From Elusimicrobiota bacterium (GTDB lineage: Bacteria > Elusimicrobiota > Elusimicrobia > F11): a stretch of 64,000 nt of DNA. The DNA lies in assembly GCA_044221725.1 (NCBI GenBank), contig JBGAON010000003.1, positions 224,001 to 288,000 on the forward strand, read 5' to 3'. The translations under genes and the position numbers were made by a program. Positions 38,701-50,700 of the stretch are shown one piece after another. Below the pieces are notes generated by a model. That model did not search any database, was not told the DNA's origin, and saw nothing but the letters and a program-made list of their open reading frames with translations. The number at the start of each line of letters is the position of its first letter. Within the stretch, counting starts at the first letter, position 1.

Positions 38701-41700
38701 GCAAATTTTGGAAAACCAAGGAAAGTTGACCTGGGATACTGGATGGGCGGCTGTGAAAGGGGCGTTGACAGCTGTTGTGGTGCGCGCGGTATTTACCGGT
38801 ACGACAATCGCCATCAATAAGATTGGAAATAAGATTGAACAAAAAGCCGCTGCCGGCAATCCATCCTTAACAAAAGAATCATTCTCTCTTGATAAACGAA
38901 CTGAGAAGCTGGTGGAACATTCTCAGACCGGAAAAAATCTCGCGGGACAGAAAGCGGAGTCCTTCCGCGAATCCAGCAATGTTCATATTCGAATCGCCGG
39001 ACTACGGTCGCTTCAAATTGGCCGTGACTTGGTGACGGGGATTAGCGGATCGATCACCTTTCAAATTCTGTCCGGTAAGAATGTGCTCGAACGTCAAAAC
39101 GCAATTGATGCGCTGAGGCAGGGCGCGTTTATGGGCTTTATCTTCGGTGGCGCGCGCATGGCCGTTACGAATTGGGCGACGGCTTTTAAAAATATGAGCA
39201 CGGTCGGCGGGTTGGCCGCGTTCAACGCGCAACGCATTCAATCGGGTGTGATGATGGGTGTTTGGGAAGTGAGCGTGGCGCCGTTCACCGGTTTTATTTC
39301 TGAAGCGTTTTACGCGGCGACAGATTATCTCGGCCTCACGACCGACAAGGACAGAGCGGACCGCAACGAACAAAAAGAACAACAGCAAAAAGAACGCGCG
39401 GCGCTCAAAGAAAATTTTGGGGCAACGCTCGGTGAGGTTCGCTTTCAGTTCAATAAATTCTGGGGCACGTTCCAGAATATTTCAGGTCTGCATCCGTTCT
39501 TCTCTCTCGGTCGCCCGGGTGTCAACATTTTCTCGAAACCTGTCGAGGGAATTGTCGGACGCTACACGAACGCGACCTTCAATCAGATTTCCAGTGCCCT
39601 CACCAAAGTTCGGATCACGGGGACCGCAAACAATGTTCTCTCTAATATCTTGTGGCAAGCGCGCGGCACGGTGCAGTTCTTGTCAACGAACGCGATTGTT
39701 AACCCGATTAACATCAACACATTCTTCATTTATGAAACGGTGGGCTTAAAGGGCGCGATGGCTATCGGACTCGTTACGCCGATGAAAGAAGTGAATGGCC
39801 AGTTGGTTCTCGTCGACAAAAATGGCGATGCGATTAAGGGGGACGCCGGCAAGCCGAGTTTCTTCCAAGAAACTGTTGCGACTGTTTTTCGAGTGGCGGG
39901 GTTTATTAGTGCGCCGATTCATGCGAGCCCAGATAAGAGTGCCGAAGGGGCGTATGCTCGTGGACAGATCGGTTCGTTGAGTGCACCGGAGACCTTTATC
40001 GGCAAAAGCGTGCGAGCGGTGGAAGAAACCGTCGGCATCGTGGACAGACGAAACCCACAAGCCTTTACACTAGCGAACAACCTGAAAGAACACTTGGAAA
40101 GCGGAAAAGGCGGCGATTTCGAATTCACGGCGACGGACGGACGTCGTTACACGTTGAGCGGCCAAGAAGCGCGCGACCTTGGAAACCAGGCACGCGTGGC
40201 GGTTTTGTCGACGCCGGAAATTGCGAAGGCCGCGGAGAAGGCGGGCGTGTTGCCGGAACATATCGCATACAACCCAGTGACCGGAGAAGCGCGCGTGCTA
40301 ACGCCGAACCACTCCGCGCCCGCAGGATTTTTTGAAGTTCGTCTGCCAAATCGAGCCGCTGAAACAGCAGCGAAAGAAACCGCTTCGGCGAAAACCGGTG
40401 CTGATGTTGCGGGTTCCGCCGATACGTCAAAGCCCGCGACCAACGATTCCACGAAAGCGCCGTTGGCGGAAACGAAACCCCAGGAGCCTACGAAACCCGC
40501 GAACCGCGCGGACATCGGAAAAATTAACGGAGTAAAAGTCGAAGCTGTCGAAGACGTGGACGGCAACATCCGCATAAAGATTGCCGAGCCTGTGACCGAT
40601 GACGTGGCCCGCGATCTCGAGAGCAGAGTTTTTGTTGTTGAGAACGGTAACGCAAAAGAAGTGGCCGTGGGGCGCTTGGGCGACATTGTCGTCAAGAACG
40701 AAGACCGAGCCAACAACGCGCCGCTGAAAGTAACCGAACTGACGCCCGAAACAGCACTCGATCGTGCCGCCCGGTCCGATGCGAGCCCTGATGTGCGTTC
40801 GGTCGCCGGACTTCGACCAGGGGAAGTTGTCGTAAAAATGGGTGTCGAAAATTTTGTGGTTGCCGTGAAAGCGAGAGCCGAAGGCGCGTTGGCAAACAGC
40901 CCAGCGCAGGATACCAGCGTCAAAGCCCGAGCGAAAGAAGAGGTGAACGCAAAACCAGAAGATGCGGTGAAGAACGTCGCGGGTTGGGACAAGCTCGCTC
41001 CGGAAACACAAGCCGCGGTCCAACGTTTGATGGCGGATCCAACGATTGGCGCAAAAGTTCGCGGCATGCTGGCCGAGATGGGTGGGCGCGGTCTTGAAAT
41101 GTTGGGCGCTCTTTACGATGCAGCGGGTCACGATACCTTCACCCGCGTTATCGAAAGCTTATCGCCGGAGCAGGTAAAAAGTTTGGCGAAAACAATGAAC
41201 GAACTGTCGCCGCTCGCGAAATCCAATTTTGTTTCCATGGTGAAAGATCTAGCGCGTAATGGCGAAGCGGCGCTGCGCACGTTTCTCGCTGTTGTCTCAA
41301 CGCTTGGACCGAAAGTATCGAACGCTTTATTTGAGGGCCTGAAGCCCGCCGGCCGGGAAGCGTTTCAAAAAATCATTTCCATTTTTTCGGATGCGACAAA
41401 AGCGACCGCGCTGCAAGGTTTCAAAAATGTTTTGGCCGAACTAACGCCAACGGGTGCGCAGGCCTTGGCTTCTTTCTTCAACGAAATTGGCGGCAAAGAC
41501 GGAAAAGGGGTGACGACGTTCGCAAAATTTTTGGAGATCGCCGGGCAAAAAGGCAACGAGAATATCGCGAAGACCTTCGGTAAGCTATTAAATGGCCTTA
41601 CGCTTCTCGGTGGCGCCGCGCTCGGCGCCGCGTTCACTCAACTGGGCCGTGCCCGCGAACAAACGTTTGCGCAACTGATGCGCACGTTGAGCAAATCCGA

Positions 41701-44700
41701 TTTGCAGGGCTTCGCAGCGTTCGTGAACACGCTGGGTGAAAAAGGTCAAGGCGCAATTCTCGGGAAAATTTTGAATCTGCTTCCGAACGCGAACGGTATT
41801 CCGAAACAAGTGATTACGCTTGGCAACCTGTTTGCGCAATTGAACAAAACCGCCGGTCAGCGCTTGGCCGATATGTTCATGCGTGCCGACGCTAAAAATG
41901 AACTGGTTAATCTTGTTAGTTCCGTGACGAAGCTGGAACCGAAAGCGGCGGCCGCGTTCGCCGAGGTGCTGAACAACGGGGCGGCTGCAACGGTCATCGC
42001 GCTCGGCATCTTGTTGGGATCAAACGATAAGGATGTTCGTTTCGGCGCGGCCGAATTGCTTGCAAGCGCCGGCAAAGAAGGTGCCCTTGGACTGAAAAAT
42101 GTTTTGGATGCGTTCGCGAATCTCATTGAGCGCGGCATTGGTCATCCCGATGCCAAAAGTGATACGGCGCTCGAGAATGTCGCGAAGCTCGCGGCGGCGC
42201 AACTTTCAAAATTTGTGAAAGAGTCCGACAGCGCTCAGAAACAAACGTTTGGCCAGGCGCTGCGCGAATTGTCGAGAAATGCGAACGGACCCAAAGATGC
42301 GGCCGACATCATGGCTCATTTCCTAGCGAGCGATGTTGGTCACGCAGCGCTCGGTCGCGCGCTCACTTCGTTTGCGGAACACGGCGGGATGTTGGGACGC
42401 GTCCTGATGACGGTCACCCAAAACGCACCAAAAAAAATTGTGGATCCAATATCGGGTCGCGAAACAGATACAACCAACAGTTGGGTTGCGAACCTCCTTA
42501 TTAATTCCATTGAAGTGAGCCAGGTGGGCGGTGCTCGCGATGTGTCGCCGGGAGAGATGGCTGGCCGCATGCTGCGCCCCGCGTTCTTCGACGTCCGTGG
42601 GAAACCGCGCACCGCGGACGAAACCACAAAATTCACCGAAGGTGTGTTGGGCAGCGTTTTCAACAAACCACCCGAAGCGTTCAACGATCGCGAGAAACAA
42701 ATGGCGGGCGACATGCTCGAACATTTGGCGGCAACGATGTCCGATACCCAGAAAGTCGCCGCGCGAGCGCTTGCCGACAAATTCGGAATCGAAGTGGACT
42801 TCGGTGCCTCGCCCGAGGCGCTTGCCGCAAAAACCGAAGGCAAAGATGCCGAAGCGAAAGAAGACGCCGCGGTATCAAACAATTCCGTTGCCGACGGAGA
42901 AGAACCTCACCCAGACACCGGACGCGCCGCTGTGGAGCGGAGCGCGGTCGGACGCGTCTTAAAAGCGGTCAAAGACTTTTTCCGATCCGACTATGGCGAC
43001 GAGTTCATGACGCACGAAGACGTCATGGCGAAAATTGCTTACGTGGAACAGAAACTTTTTGGTGAAGACAGCGAACATAAAAAAGTGGAAGCGGGAACGT
43101 TCGGTTCCCAATCGGGAAAAGATTGGTTTGACAGCATTCGGTGGACCGATAAACAAGTCATCAAAGAGAACAAGCTTGGCCAAGAGGACGACGTCATCAT
43201 TCTGCGTGCCACCACCGGCGGAAAGACGGTGTTCCTAATGCTCCGCGATGGAAAAGTTTGGATTTCGAAAACGACGCTAAGGAAAAATGCGTCGGACGTT
43301 ACGTTCTTCCTGGTTTCGGACGCGGCACGCACCAAGGAGCTAAAGAAGAGCCTACAGGGAGCGGAAGGACTGGCGGAAACCAGCAACATAAAAAAGGTCT
43401 TTTATAAACCGTGGATTGATTCAAAGGAAGACAAAGCCCAGTTCCTCGACGCGCTAAAGAACGATCCGGCGATTCTATCGATGCTTCATTTCTGGTTGGA
43501 GCGCGGCGTCACACCAAAAATAATGGGCCGATTAATCGTCGGCGACAACGCGCGCAACATGGGCTACATGCACAATGGGAGTATCCATCGCGGAATAGAA
43601 ACGACCGATATCGATGTGTTCATTCACGAAGTGTTTCATCTGGCGTTCGATACGAAACTAACGCCCGCACAAAAAGAAGCCATTCGAAAACGTTATGTGG
43701 ATGCCAACGGAGAACGTTCCGCAGAATACATGAAACTTTTTGATGAAGGGATTTATGACGCTGCGAAATACAAATCCGGAATTCAGAAAGCGGACGAGGC
43801 TTTTGCGCAGTACATGGAAATGATTGCGGCAGGCACCACGTTCCTCGAATACAAGCGCAAAGGGGACGTTGTTGTACGTCTTGAACTAACGAAAGGCGAC
43901 GTAGAGTTTTTCCTTTCTCAGGGCCTCATCACAAAGGCGGTAGCCGATCGCGCGATGAAGTTGCTCGATGCCGGGGCCGCGTCCAAAGAGTCGGAAGCGA
44001 CAAAGGATTCAAAGCCGAAAGAATCAACGTTCGAGCGGGCCACGAGCGCGCTTCGTCCTATTATTACCGCGGTTGGAGTGGCTGTCGGTGTCACCGAAAG
44101 GGCAGCAGAGGCTCCCCATGGCGCTCAAGTTGTTCGCACGGAGCCAGCCGGTGAGGCGAAGCCCGTAGAGCCTGCTGCCGAAACCGAATCTCGACCGGCC
44201 GCAGGTCGCAGCGAAGCCGAACCTGCGAAACCCGGTGAAAAGCCGCTGCCACAAGACGGATTTGATTTCACCGAAACAAAAAGCGATTCAAACCCGACGC
44301 GCCTGACCGACACTCCGGTCAACATTTTACGTAAAGCGGCGTATGTGGAAGCGTTGCACGGCCGCGAAGCGAAGCTCGTGTTCGAAGCTCTCTATCGAGA
44401 AAGTGCGGGTGTCGACGCAAAGTCCCTCAAAGCGGCGCTGGAAAAGATTATCGACAACGGTGTCAAAGAAGGCACCGGTTCTGACGCCGATTATTGGCGC
44501 CGTTCGGACGGAACGATTGTAACGCGGCGCGGCACTGTGATCAAAGAGACCGGGAAGTCTTACATTGAACGCCGTGAAAATTCCGGTGATCCGGGAAAAA
44601 CGAACACTATTGTTCGATTGTTTGATTTCGATGGAAACCAAATCGGTGAGCAAATTGCGATCCGCGGCGACGCGGCCACCGCGCGTAAGCAAGCCGAAGA

Positions 44701-47700
44701 CCTGAAGATGACCAAGACCGACATCGAGATCGTTACGAAAATTGCCAAACAATACAAAGGCAAGGCCGAATTCCGATTTGAAAAAGATGACGCGACGGGT
44801 GTCTATAAGATTGTGGAAATAATTTTCCCGCACGGTGCGAAGAACGTCGCCCGGTTCAATAAGACCTTTTATGCAGCGTGGCTTAATCTCGGTGCTGTCG
44901 ATGAAAAAGACAAACTGCCGGAAGCAACGAATCAAGTAAAGGCGCTCGCAAAAGATGTGGCGGACAAATTGGTCGACGCGAACGGCAAAACCAAGAATTT
45001 TGATCTCCTCGCTCAGGAGTTGGACCGCGTTTTGGAACAAGTCAAAACTCCGGCCGACAAAAAAGTCCTTATTAACGAAGTCGTTAAGGCCCTGCAGGCG
45101 CGAGACGATATTTCCGCCAGCACAAAGGGTGCCCATGTTCGGGAACTCGAAAAGGCGGGCGGAAAACAATTGGACAAAAAAGACTTTTATCGCGATCTCG
45201 TGACGCAAGTGGATTTAAACGCGTGCAGCAATTGTGCGGTGAATTACAACGGTCCGATGCGCGACGACGCATTTGCCCGCGTTCGCAGCGATGTTCAACG
45301 GGAATATCCTGGAATGTCGCCGGCTCGTCGCGAACGTTTCGCGATGGGTCGCATTGACGCGTCCCTGTCGCCCGCCCAACGATCGGAGCTCGGGAGAAAA
45401 GAAATTGCGAACGGATTCGAAAACTACGCGAACGGACTTTCGCCGGATCGTTTGAGCGATGCCCTTTTCTATCGCAACATGGCCGACGCGATTCGTAACG
45501 GGGACACGCGGCCATCAACAACTGCCCGCGGTGCCGAAGAGTCAGTATGGGCGCAAAACCGCGTTGACGTTGCTCGCGCGCGCGTGAATTACACGCTGAA
45601 CCGCACCTCCGGCGCCCTCGATTGGATCCTCGGGAAACTGGAAATCAATGTTGATGCCGCGCGTGTTCTCACTTCTAGCGGATGGGCATTGGACCGCGCC
45701 GAAAATACGTACATGAGTCTTCAAATGAGAGACAAATTAGACGTTGATCAGGGAAAACTTATTGAACTCGTATCCCAACTTCCTTCCATCGAGAACGGAG
45801 ATGCTCGCAAGAGTGCCGCTGAGGACGTTGCTGCTGCAAAACTGCACTTTGAACAAGAAAAGCGGCGTTTGGACCGAGGTGAATTACCGAACGCCTCAGA
45901 TTTCTTGGATTTCCAGAACATATTGGTTGACCAGGAAAAAGAGAGCCGCACTCCGCTTGATTTGGCCGAGAAGAGTGTAAAAGAGGCCAAAGAGCTTTCC
46001 GCCGGAGAGAAATTTTACGGTCCGGGCTTACGCGAAGCAATTGTGGAATCCAAAAAAGGAGAGGACGCTCGTTTTTCACTGATTTATGACCGAGTTCAAA
46101 CTGTCATGAAGGATCTGCTGATAGCACCTGATGTGTACCGCGTGGAAAAGGATGGTACACGCACAAAGTTGACGGAACTCGATAAAGTAAACCCACAAGA
46201 CGTTATCGTACTTCAGCTGCCGCGAAGCGTTGCGGCAAAAATTGATCGTCTGAAAAGGCGAGAAAATACTCAGGCTGACTGGGAAGCTGCCGTGGTTGAT
46301 CTGTTGGCCGTGGGTAAGAACGCCGCTGATAAACCAATCGACAACAAAGGTGCCGTGGTTAATGCTGCGGAACTTAATATTCATCAACGCACCGCTCTGC
46401 TATGGGCCGTTAGTCAACGAACCTTCGAAGACCAAAGTCAGCCGATGACCCGCGAGGACATTGCTATGGACCAAGGAAAACGCATGGCCTTCTTCTTTGG
46501 TTTGGTTCGCGGCAACGAAGTGGTCGCTTTGCCCGCGGCGGGCGGAAAAACCGGCGCGTTTATTTTGGCGCAGGCGGATTTTGTGCTTCGAAATCGTTCG
46601 AAGAAAAACGGCGAAAAGTTTGTTTTGGAATTGGACGTGTTCAATTCGGCAGAAGCCGAAAAATATATTAGCGAACGAGAAAGATATGAGGGAATGGCCA
46701 TCGGGGCCGCCCTCATTCGTCCGGTGGATGGCCGCGATTTTCATCAGAACATTAAAAAAGCGGAAGAGGCGTACGACGTTAACAAGTCCGTGATAAGCGA
46801 CAGGGGTATTAAGCTCGAGGGTGTGAAAATGATTGTTCACGACCTCAATAGTTTCGGTTTCTTAATGCTGCATATGGGAGAAAATCTGACCGCGCGCGTT
46901 TCTACACTGGTCAGAGAAAATGTGAAAAGCGTCATGATGGATGAGGTTGACGCGATCCTCATGTCCATGATGTCTTTTATTAACAGCAAAACAGAATTAC
47001 ACGCTTCGGATGATGACCTTTCCCGCGGTGCCGTTACGGTTCGTGCGATCCTCAAAACGTTGGAGTTAAATCACACAAAAGTCGACGTCGCGCGTTACAA
47101 AGAACGAAGTGAGGAAAAAGACGCCGCCGACCACCCCAATTACCGCTATTTCCCCAGTGGAAGAGTGTCGGACGAGGACAGAAAAGACGGTGTTTGGTTT
47201 ACGATTACCGCGGCGGGTAAGGTTGAATACTCCGACAAATTTCTGGAAAAAGTCCGCTCGAATCTAGAAGAAAAGAGCATTTCAAATAGAGAAATCCAAA
47301 ACGCGTTGCGTGCTTTTGCTGATACCGGGGACGGAAATCGGTCCACAATTAGTCGTGTCGATGGGAAGTTGAAAATTGTTCCTGTCACGCGGCACGGGCC
47401 ACAGAAGGGGCTCGTTGATTCCTACCGCATGTACAACGTAGCCCGTACGCTTTTTGAAAACATGTCGCGTCGGTTACGCAACGAAGAAGAACTGGACGAG
47501 AAGCAGGTTCCGATTTCAAAATCTTCGGCGACCGCTACGTTAATTCAAGCAATCGCATTTCGCATAAACGCGATCAAAGCGGCTGCTACCGGAACGAAGG
47601 ATGATATTGATTCCGCCGATCCGTCGTTGGCTCCGTTTGCACAATTGTTGACCGGAATGGGTGTGTCGGTTGTCAGTCAGTCGTCCTACGCCGACCTCAA

Positions 47701-50700
47701 ATATTTCGAGGCGATCTCCGCGAGGGAAGGATTATTGAAGCAGCAAAATTATCGCTCAGATGCGGGCGATCGTAAAGCTTTACGCACGATTGCCCTCGTC
47801 GGAGCCAACGGCGATGCTCGCTACCGCGTGGCCGCGGAGGGGATCAATCTCATGCGTGGGCGTGGACCGGACGGCGGATCTTGGAATTCCATCGATCGCG
47901 ATGCGGCGGTTCTCATCTACTCGGCCGATCAGCGATACCATGTGAAGGCGTTCTACGAACTTCTTGAGATCAACGGAGCCTCCGGCGTTGTGGCGGCACT
48001 AAAAAAGAAAAACGTTAGTGGCATTCAAGATGCGATCGATAAAGCGAAAAGTATTATTGATAGCAAAGAAGCAAATGCGAGTGCGTGGTTGCGCGCCGAA
48101 CTTGATACGCATAGGGTGATTGATGGTAATCGTCCGGACCTTGCAGAGTTTATTGCAAAAACGGCCGCGGAGCGAAAAAGCATTGTTTGGTCGACGATAG
48201 GCCGAGCGCTCAGCTTCAACGCAATTGGCAAAAACCGCATGGACGAGATCATCCTCGGAACGGACACATCGTTTACGGAGGCCGCTGAGTTCCATCAGAT
48301 AGTTAATCGGGTGGATCGTAACTTCACTGGTGAAAACCGCAGTTACCGTTTGCAGATCGTGGACCCGACTAATGTCGACGCGCGGTTTTCAGAAGTGGTT
48401 AGCCTGAACGACGACGTGAGGCGGTTTGGTCGCCAAGGTTTATTCACCGACGATTACTTCGGCAAAATTTGGGAATCACATAAAAATGGCGACACTCTGA
48501 CGCTCGAACAGAAGGTGAAGCTCAATTCGCAGCTCGCGTCGTTAGAGAACCGGTCTCGAAACGGACAGCATCATTTGCACGAACAGGTTGGCGCAAAGTT
48601 AACAAACGAAATTGTAACGCTAATTGGTGCGGAACTTATCCGTCGCGGGAATTCTCTCGGGGCCGAGGCTCTCGAAAAAATCAAAGGTGAAATGTTGGAT
48701 CATGACGAGCGCGGCAACGATGATGGTGGCACTTACAATCAAAGTCCGAACGAAATTGCCTACAGGATTGTGAAACGAGAGGTTGAGAAGGCCGAAATTT
48801 TTTATTCAAAAATCATTAATTCCGAACACGTGGATCTTGATCTTGTTCAATTCGCTCGATCGCGCTTAACGGAAATTCAGACCGAATTCTTGGGTTTTTC
48901 AAAACGGGTTATTAACGACGTCGATAAGAAAACCGGGTACCACGTTGGCGAAAACTATCGGAATGCGAGTTTTGCAACGGCGAACACGGTTCGCAAAGTT
49001 TTTGACGCTGCGATTGCAACCTCGGACTTTTTGTTACCGAACGTGGAGCTAAGCCATGCGCCGACAGCATTTACGGCGGCAGTGACACATATGGCTTTTG
49101 GCAACGTGCGCGCGCCGCGCGATGCGTTGCCTGCTGTTGCAAACGATAACGTTTCGAAAGTCGCGTTTGTGAACGCAATTAATCCGCACGCTCCGGAATC
49201 CGTATCCGCAGAGAAACCCACCACGATTGACGGGAAACCCGTCGCTCTTCCGCCTCTCCAAAATTTAACGCTTTGGCAACAAGCCGCGTACAGCGTGTAC
49301 TCTTATTTCTCACCGGCGCGGCAAAGTATTGACGATGAAAAGCGCCGCGCCGACGCGATGTTGCTCGCGCGAGCGGGCTTCGTTAGCCAGGCTGTCGCTG
49401 ACAACGTGGCAAGCAACGATCCGGTTGTCGCGGGTCGCGCGCTGCGCCAGATGGCCATGGAAGTGGCGGACCGATGGGAACGGTCGGGTCAGCGCATGGA
49501 AAGGTTTGATTTGCCGACTCTTATGTTGGTAGCGGAGAACGTTGTGACGCAGATGGATCAGGTTCGCGCGGCGATTGCGCCAAATATTCTTCCGAAAGTT
49601 GATGCGGACTGGGCGGGCCCGGCGCAACTTAATCGAATCGTGGCGATGGCCGCCGCAAGCCCAAACACGCCTGCTGTTGGCAGTTGGGAGTCGGACAGCG
49701 AAAAAACCGCGAAACGACGCGACTTGCCTTCGGTTCGTCAGGAAGTGATCGCCCAAGGGATTAGTGATTTAGCGGCGCTTCTTCCGGTCGATACGCGCGC
49801 CACGGTAGTGCCTATTGTGCGCAACGCGCGCGCGATGCTTACGACCATAAACCAAGCGCGCGACTACGAAGCGCAGCAGAGAAATATTGCGTTGGGTGCC
49901 GGAGGCATCGGTGCCATGATCATGCTTCAACTCTCTATGCTCTATTACTCACCGCCGCGGCAATACAATCGCGTGCTCGATCAATCGTTGGCGACCCTTG
50001 CGGGCAAAGGCGAACCTGCGAACCGTGCGGCTATTGTGGTTGGCGTGATGGCGCTCTTCCACCTGAACACTCCGGTTTTGCGGCAACGTTTGCGCGACGC
50101 CGTGGACGTGATTGCGAACACCGACCCGGGTTTGTTGGATCATGTGACCGCGCGGGAACTCGCGAACGTGGTACGGGCAAAAGATCCACAAAAGGAACTC
50201 GAGAATCTTCTCTATAAAAATATTGGTTTTGCGTTGCCGCTTCCGACGGCCGTCACGCAAACGCTGAAGGTTGCCGGTGTAGCGGGGAGCGTGGTCGCCG
50301 GTCTGGGCACAATGTTCGGATTCCTATCGCTGAATTCAGCGCTCACCATTTTCTCGATCGCGTTCGGTTTGAATTTCTTGTCCGCCGAGCGACCCACCGG
50401 AGATGGACCCAGCGTTTGGGCGCGTCTGCAATCGTTCGGCACCGGCGTAAAAAATGTCGGTGGTGAAATCGGTCGATGGGTGTGGAACAACAAAGTGAAA
50501 TCCACAATCGCTGTTTCGCTGGTGGTCGGAACGGTCGCGACCGGCGGAATGACGGGCGCGTTTGGCTCCGTTGCTGACCTCGGAAGTTATTTTACGGCCG
50601 CCAATTTGAGCAGCGCTTTGGAAACCGTGTTGCCCTTCGCGCTGCCGCTTTTGGGTGGCCTCGCCGGAAAGATGTTTAAGAAGTACGAACTCGAGATCGC

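Noticed and set aside
43205..43230. Second GGKT (RATTGGKTVFLML) as a Walker A motif
   Set aside because: It is followed by a beta-strand-like segment rather than a helix, and there is no matching Walker B; it is probably a hairpin turn.
46380..48700. Housekeeping secA fused by frameshift or misassembly
   Set aside because: The motifs are far more divergent than in housekeeping SecA and the frame is continuous on both sides with no RBS or stop remnants. Read-level confirmation is still advisable.
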